Origin: a bacterium
Lineage (GTDB): Bacteria; Bacillota; Clostridia; Lachnospirales; Lachnospiraceae
Length of the DNA stretch: 64,000 nucleotides
Assembly (NCBI GenBank): GCA_963629085.1
Contig: CAVGHS010000001.1
Span: 12,222-76,221, forward strand
Direction of reading: 5' to 3'
A program made the translations under genes and the position numbers. This document shows, one piece after another, positions 60,522 through 64,000 of this stretch. Every line of letters begins with the position of its first letter. The first letter of the stretch is position 1. The notes below the pieces were generated by a model, which did no database searches, had not been told where the DNA came from, and saw only the letters and a program-made list of their open reading frames with translations.

Positions 60522-63209
60522 ATGAACTACGGTAAAAAAAGTGCACAAAAGCAAAGCGCTAAACTTTCGAGCAAACGTGCCAAAAATAAAAAGAGATTCG
60601 GTATCACTTTTATCAAGACCCTTTTGGTCTGTATCCTCTGCATCATCGCTGTCGGCCTTGTGGCAGGCGGTCTGTATGCGGTCAAATTGATCAAAGCGTG
60701 TCCGGATATTTCAGAGGTCAATATTTCCCCAAATGGATTTTCCACGACAGTCTTGGATTCGGTGGGAAATGAGATCGAGACGCTGGCAGCATCCGGCTCC
60801 AATCGTACCTATGTGACGATCGATGAGATCCCAAAGGATTTGCAGTATGCTTTTGTAGCGATCGAGGATGAGCGATTCTACAAGCACAATGGTATCGATC
60901 TGCGTGGTATTATCCGTGCAGGCTTTACGGGTATCATCAGTGGTGGCGAGAAGATGCAGGGTGCATCGACCATCACGCAGCAGTTGCTGAAGAACAACTA
61001 TTTTACGACCTGGACCAAGGAGGATACACTCCTAGACAGTGTCAATCGTAAGATTCAGGAGCAGTATCTGGCAGTCCAGTTGGAAAAGGTAGAGGACAAG
61101 GATACCATCCTGGAAAATTATTTGAACACGATCAACTTAGGACAGAACACCCTTGGGGTTGAGGCGGCATCAGAGCGTTATTTCAACAAGTCTGTTTCCG
61201 AACTGACCCTGTCCGAGGATGCGGCGATCGCAGCGATCACGCAGAATCCGTCCAAGTACAATCCGATCACCAATCCAAAGGACAATGCGTCCAGACGTAA
61301 AAAAGTCCTCAAAAAGATGTTGGATCTGGGCTATATCGACCAGTCAGAATACGATGAAGCCTTGGATGACAATCTCTATGATCGTATCCAGATTGTGAAT
61401 GCACAGAATGAATCCAGCGCAAGCACTTCTTATTTTGTGGATGCGTTGACGGATGAAGTGGTCAATGATCTGGTAGACCAAAAGGGCTATACCGAGGCAC
61501 AGGCTTATCAGATGCTTTATAGTGGCGGTCTGACCATCAATTCTACGCAGGATAGCAACATCCAGACTATCTGCGAGGAAGAGGTCAACAACAATGCCAA
61601 CTATTCGGATCATGTGTTGTATTCTTTCTCTTACCGCCTGACGGTGACGAAAAAGGATGGCACTTATCAGAACTACAGTGAGCAGACCATGCTGACTTAT
61701 TATCAGGCACAGAATCCGAATTATGATATCAACTTCTCTTCTCAGGAAGAATGCGATCAGGCGATCGAACAGTACAAGTCTGAGATCATGGAAGAAGGAG
61801 ATACCATTGCGGAAGGTGGCGAGACGATCACCTATACCTTACAGCCGCAGGCTGCTATTTCCGTGATCGACCAGGCGACCGGACATGTGGTTGCCTTGGT
61901 AGGTGGCAGAGGCGATAAGACGGCCAGCAAGACTTTGAACCGAGCAACCAATATCACACGTCAGCCGGGATCCTGCTTTAAGATCATCGGCTGCTATGCT
62001 GCAGCGCTGGATGCCGGTGGATTGACCCTTGCAAGTGTACAGGATGATGCACCGACCAGTTATGCGAACGGCACACCGCTGCACAACTACGACAATCGTT
62101 ATCGCGGCTTTACCACGATCCGTGATGCCATCATATCTTCCATGAATGTCGTGACAGTCAAGAATCTGACCCAGATCGGTACCGGACTTGGCTTTGAATA
62201 TGCAGAGGCACTTGGCATTTCCACTCTGGAGCCGGGAGACAACAACCAGACCTTATGCTTGGGCGGTCTTACCAATGGTGTTACAGATCTGGAACTTACG
62301 GCATCTTATGCGACGATCGCCAACGGCGGGGATTACAACGAGCCGGTATTCTATACACAGGTTTTGGATCATAACGGCAATGTGATCCTGGATAATACAC
62401 AGAATACATCCAAGGAAGTCTTAAAGGATACGACAGCATGGCTTTTGACCAATGCCATGCAGGATGTTATCACATCCGGTACAGGTTCCGGTGCAGGACT
62501 TTCCAATATGCCGACGGCAGCAAAGACCGGAACAACAACAAAGAACCGCGATACGGTATTTGCAGGGTACACACCATATTATACGGCGGCAGTCTGGGGC
62601 GGTTATGATGACAATACGGAGCAGACCTATACGGCATACGCTAAATTGATCTGGCATTCCGTAATGCAGCGTATCCATGAAAACCTGCCTCGTAAGGAGT
62701 TTACACAGCCATCCGGTATTGTGACGGCACAGGTATGCAAGAAGTCAGGTAAACTGGCAATCGAGGGTGTCTGTGATGCGGATCCGAGAGGCTCTATGGT
62801 CTATACCGAGTATTTCGATAAGGATTCGGTACCGACAGAGACTTGTGACCATCATGTCAAGTTAGACATTTGTTCTGCATCCGGTCAGATCGCCGGAGAG
62901 TATTGTCCGGCTGAAAATCGTGTGCCGACCGTGTTCATTATCGGCGGTACGGCGGAGACGGAGGATGGACCGTATCTGATCACCGAAGAAGCCTTGAATA
63001 CGGTATGCAGCGTGCATACATCTGCCGGCAGCAGTACAGGTGACGGTTCTGCCAGTGATGGAAGCGTCAAGCCGACGGTAGAGGGCACCATTACCGACAA
63101 TAAATCACAGACAGACACATCTGGGGGAGACAGTAGTTCCGGCAGCAGTTCGGGCGGTTCCTCCGGTGGGGCGTCGGGAGGCGGCACAACGTCGAATACA
63201 ACACCATAA
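60522..63209 (+). CDS. Class A penicillin-binding protein 1A
   Basis: EDERF, GASTITQQL, RKIQE; SCFK, SMN, KTGT; Cys-rich and Ser/Gly-rich tail. Confidence 0.93.
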   Translation: MNYGKKSAQKQSAKLSSKRAKNKKRFGITFIKTLLVCILCIIAVGLVAGGLYAVKLIKACPDISEVNISPNGFSTTVLDSVGNEIETLAASGSNRTYVTIDEIPKDLQYAFVAIEDERFYKHNGIDLRGIIRAGFTGIISGGEKMQGASTITQQLLKNNYFTTWTKEDTLLDSVNRKIQEQYLAVQLEKVEDKDTILENYLNTINLGQNTLGVEAASERYFNKSVSELTLSEDAAIAAITQNPSKYNPITNPKDNASRRKKVLKKMLDLGYIDQSEYDEALDDNLYDRIQIVNAQNESSASTSYFVDALTDEVVNDLVDQKGYTEAQAYQMLYSGGLTINSTQDSNIQTICEEEVNNNANYSDHVLYSFSYRLTVTKKDGTYQNYSEQTMLTYYQAQNPNYDINFSSQEECDQAIEQYKSEIMEEGDTIAEGGETITYTLQPQAAISVIDQATGHVVALVGGRGDKTASKTLNRATNITRQPGSCFKIIGCYAAALDAGGLTLASVQDDAPTSYANGTPLHNYDNRYRGFTTIRDAIISSMNVVTVKNLTQIGTGLGFEYAEALGISTLEPGDNNQTLCLGGLTNGVTDLELTASYATIANGGDYNEPVFYTQVLDHNGNVILDNTQNTSKEVLKDTTAWLLTNAMQDVITSGTGSGAGLSNMPTAAKTGTTTKNRDTVFAGYTPYYTAAVWGGYDDNTEQTYTAYAKLIWHSVMQRIHENLPRKEFTQPSGIVTAQVCKKSGKLAIEGVCDADPRGSMVYTEYFDKDSVPTETCDHHVKLDICSASGQIAGEYCPAENRVPTVFIIGGTAETEDGPYLITEEALNTVCSVHTSAGSSTGDGSASDGSVKPTVEGTITDNKSQTDTSGGDSSSGSSSGGSSGGASGGGTTSNTTP

Positions 63210-63227
63210 ATGATAAAAGATAGGAAT

Positions 63228-63272
63228 CCCAGAAACAGCATTTTTACTATGTTGTTTCTGGGCTTCTTTTTT
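63228..63272 (+). terminator. Intrinsic terminator
   Basis: CCCAGAAACAGCAT...ATGTTGTTTCTGGG followed by T-rich tail. Confidence 0.75.
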
Positions 63273-63310
63273 ATGTGAAGATTTGTTTATAAAAATTTAG
63301 AATTATTTTA

Positions 63311-63925
63311 TTGCATTTCTGTGTGGTATATGGCAAAAATATCTATGGCTCAAAAAAGATACATTTACCTTCGCCGCAGTTTGTGGTATTTTATAATGGA
63401 ATAGAAGATTTGCCGGAGCGGTCGGTCATGCGGCTTTCTGATGCCTACGAGCATGTGGAAGATCCGGATGACATCGCTTTAGACCTAAAGGTTCAGGTTA
63501 TCAATATCAATTATGGCAAGAATGTATCTTTGATGGAGAAAAGCCCGACCCTTGCTCAGTATGCTATCTTTGTGGATACGGTCAGAAAGTATGAAAAAGA
63601 CTATGGACATATAGAAGCGGTCGAATTGGCGATCAATGAGTGTATCGAGCAGGGAGTCTTAGCGGATTTTCTGCGGAAGAACAAGGCGGAGGTATTGCGT
63701 ATGTGTTTGTTTGAATATGATCAGGAAAAACATCTGAAAGATACCTATGAAGATGGATTTGAGGATGGAGAAGCACGTGGTATTGCGATTGGCGAAAAAC
63801 GCGGTATGGATTGTATCAGGCAATTAACGCAACGTCTGCTTGCAGATGATCGTATGGAGGATCTGAACCGTAGTATGTCTGACGAGGACTACTGCGAACA
63901 GTTGTTAAAAGAATACAAACTATGA
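63311..63925 (+). pseudogene. 5'-truncated Rpn / PD-(D/E)XK nuclease-family 'transposase'
   Basis: IYGSKKIHLPSPQFVVFYNG, LSDAY, ININYG, AINECIEQGVLADFL, EDG/EARG repeats; no N-terminal catalytic region, no good RBS at the TTG. Confidence 0.7.
63701..63925 (+). CDS. Putative internally initiated RpnS-like small protein (74 aa)
   Basis: GGAGGT at 63688-63693, 7 nt before in-frame ATG 63701. Confidence 0.55.
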   Translation: MCLFEYDQEKHLKDTYEDGFEDGEARGIAIGEKRGMDCIRQLTQRLLADDRMEDLNRSMSDEDYCEQLLKEYKL

Positions 63926-63940
63926 GAGGATAAAAATAAA

Positions 63941-64000
63941 ATGTATGCATTACATAGCCGGGTAAGATATAGTGAGGCAGATGAAAAAGGCAGATTGTCT
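63941..64000 (+). CDS. Probable acyl-ACP thioesterase, N-terminus only (runs off window)
   Basis: GAGGA RBS then MYALHSRVRYSEADEKGRLS. Confidence 0.6.
   Translation, partial: MYALHSRVRYSEADEKGRLS

Noticed and set aside
806..62678. Numerous 60-275 aa ORFs antisense or out of frame to recognised genes
   Set aside because: Shadow ORFs of well-supported CDSs, with no motifs or RBS

Overview
Chromosomal window from a Firmicute, most likely Lachnospiraceae judging by gene content and order. It is mostly housekeeping and transport genes: cls, a hybrid histidine kinase, ldh, hcpR-hcp, an arsR-HMA-cadA metal efflux operon, a CydDC-like ABC pair, NSS/MFS/MATE/CorA/amino-acid ABC transporters, an MCP, the ftsH-uvrC-hprK-M18 peptidase-murB-rapZ-whiA-HPr-like-DAG kinase-fba-GSIII block, tRNA-Gln(CTG), yigZ and PBP1A. 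No CRISPR array, rRNA, integrase or intact IS element was seen. The most interesting part is 18.9-22.5 kb, where two AT-rich minus-strand modules flank a GH2 gene and each pairs a predicted ribonuclease with a structured non-coding RNA and no protein antitoxin. (1) A PemK/MazF-fold gene is preceded by a promoter, a ~110-nt multi-hairpin RNA and a terminator. (2) A PBECR2-like nuclease gene, split by one base in a homopolymer and therefore missed by the ORF track, is followed by a separately promoted four-way-junction RNA with a predicted kissing-loop pseudoknot and its own terminator. Both are candidate RNA-antitoxin (type III-like) systems. Also notable: a 5'-truncated Rpn gene that keeps an internal RpnS-like start, two identically positioned Crp/Fnr boxes suggesting an HcpR mini-regulon, and an HPr paralogue lacking His15. 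All family assignments come from motif recognition by eye; no database searches were run.
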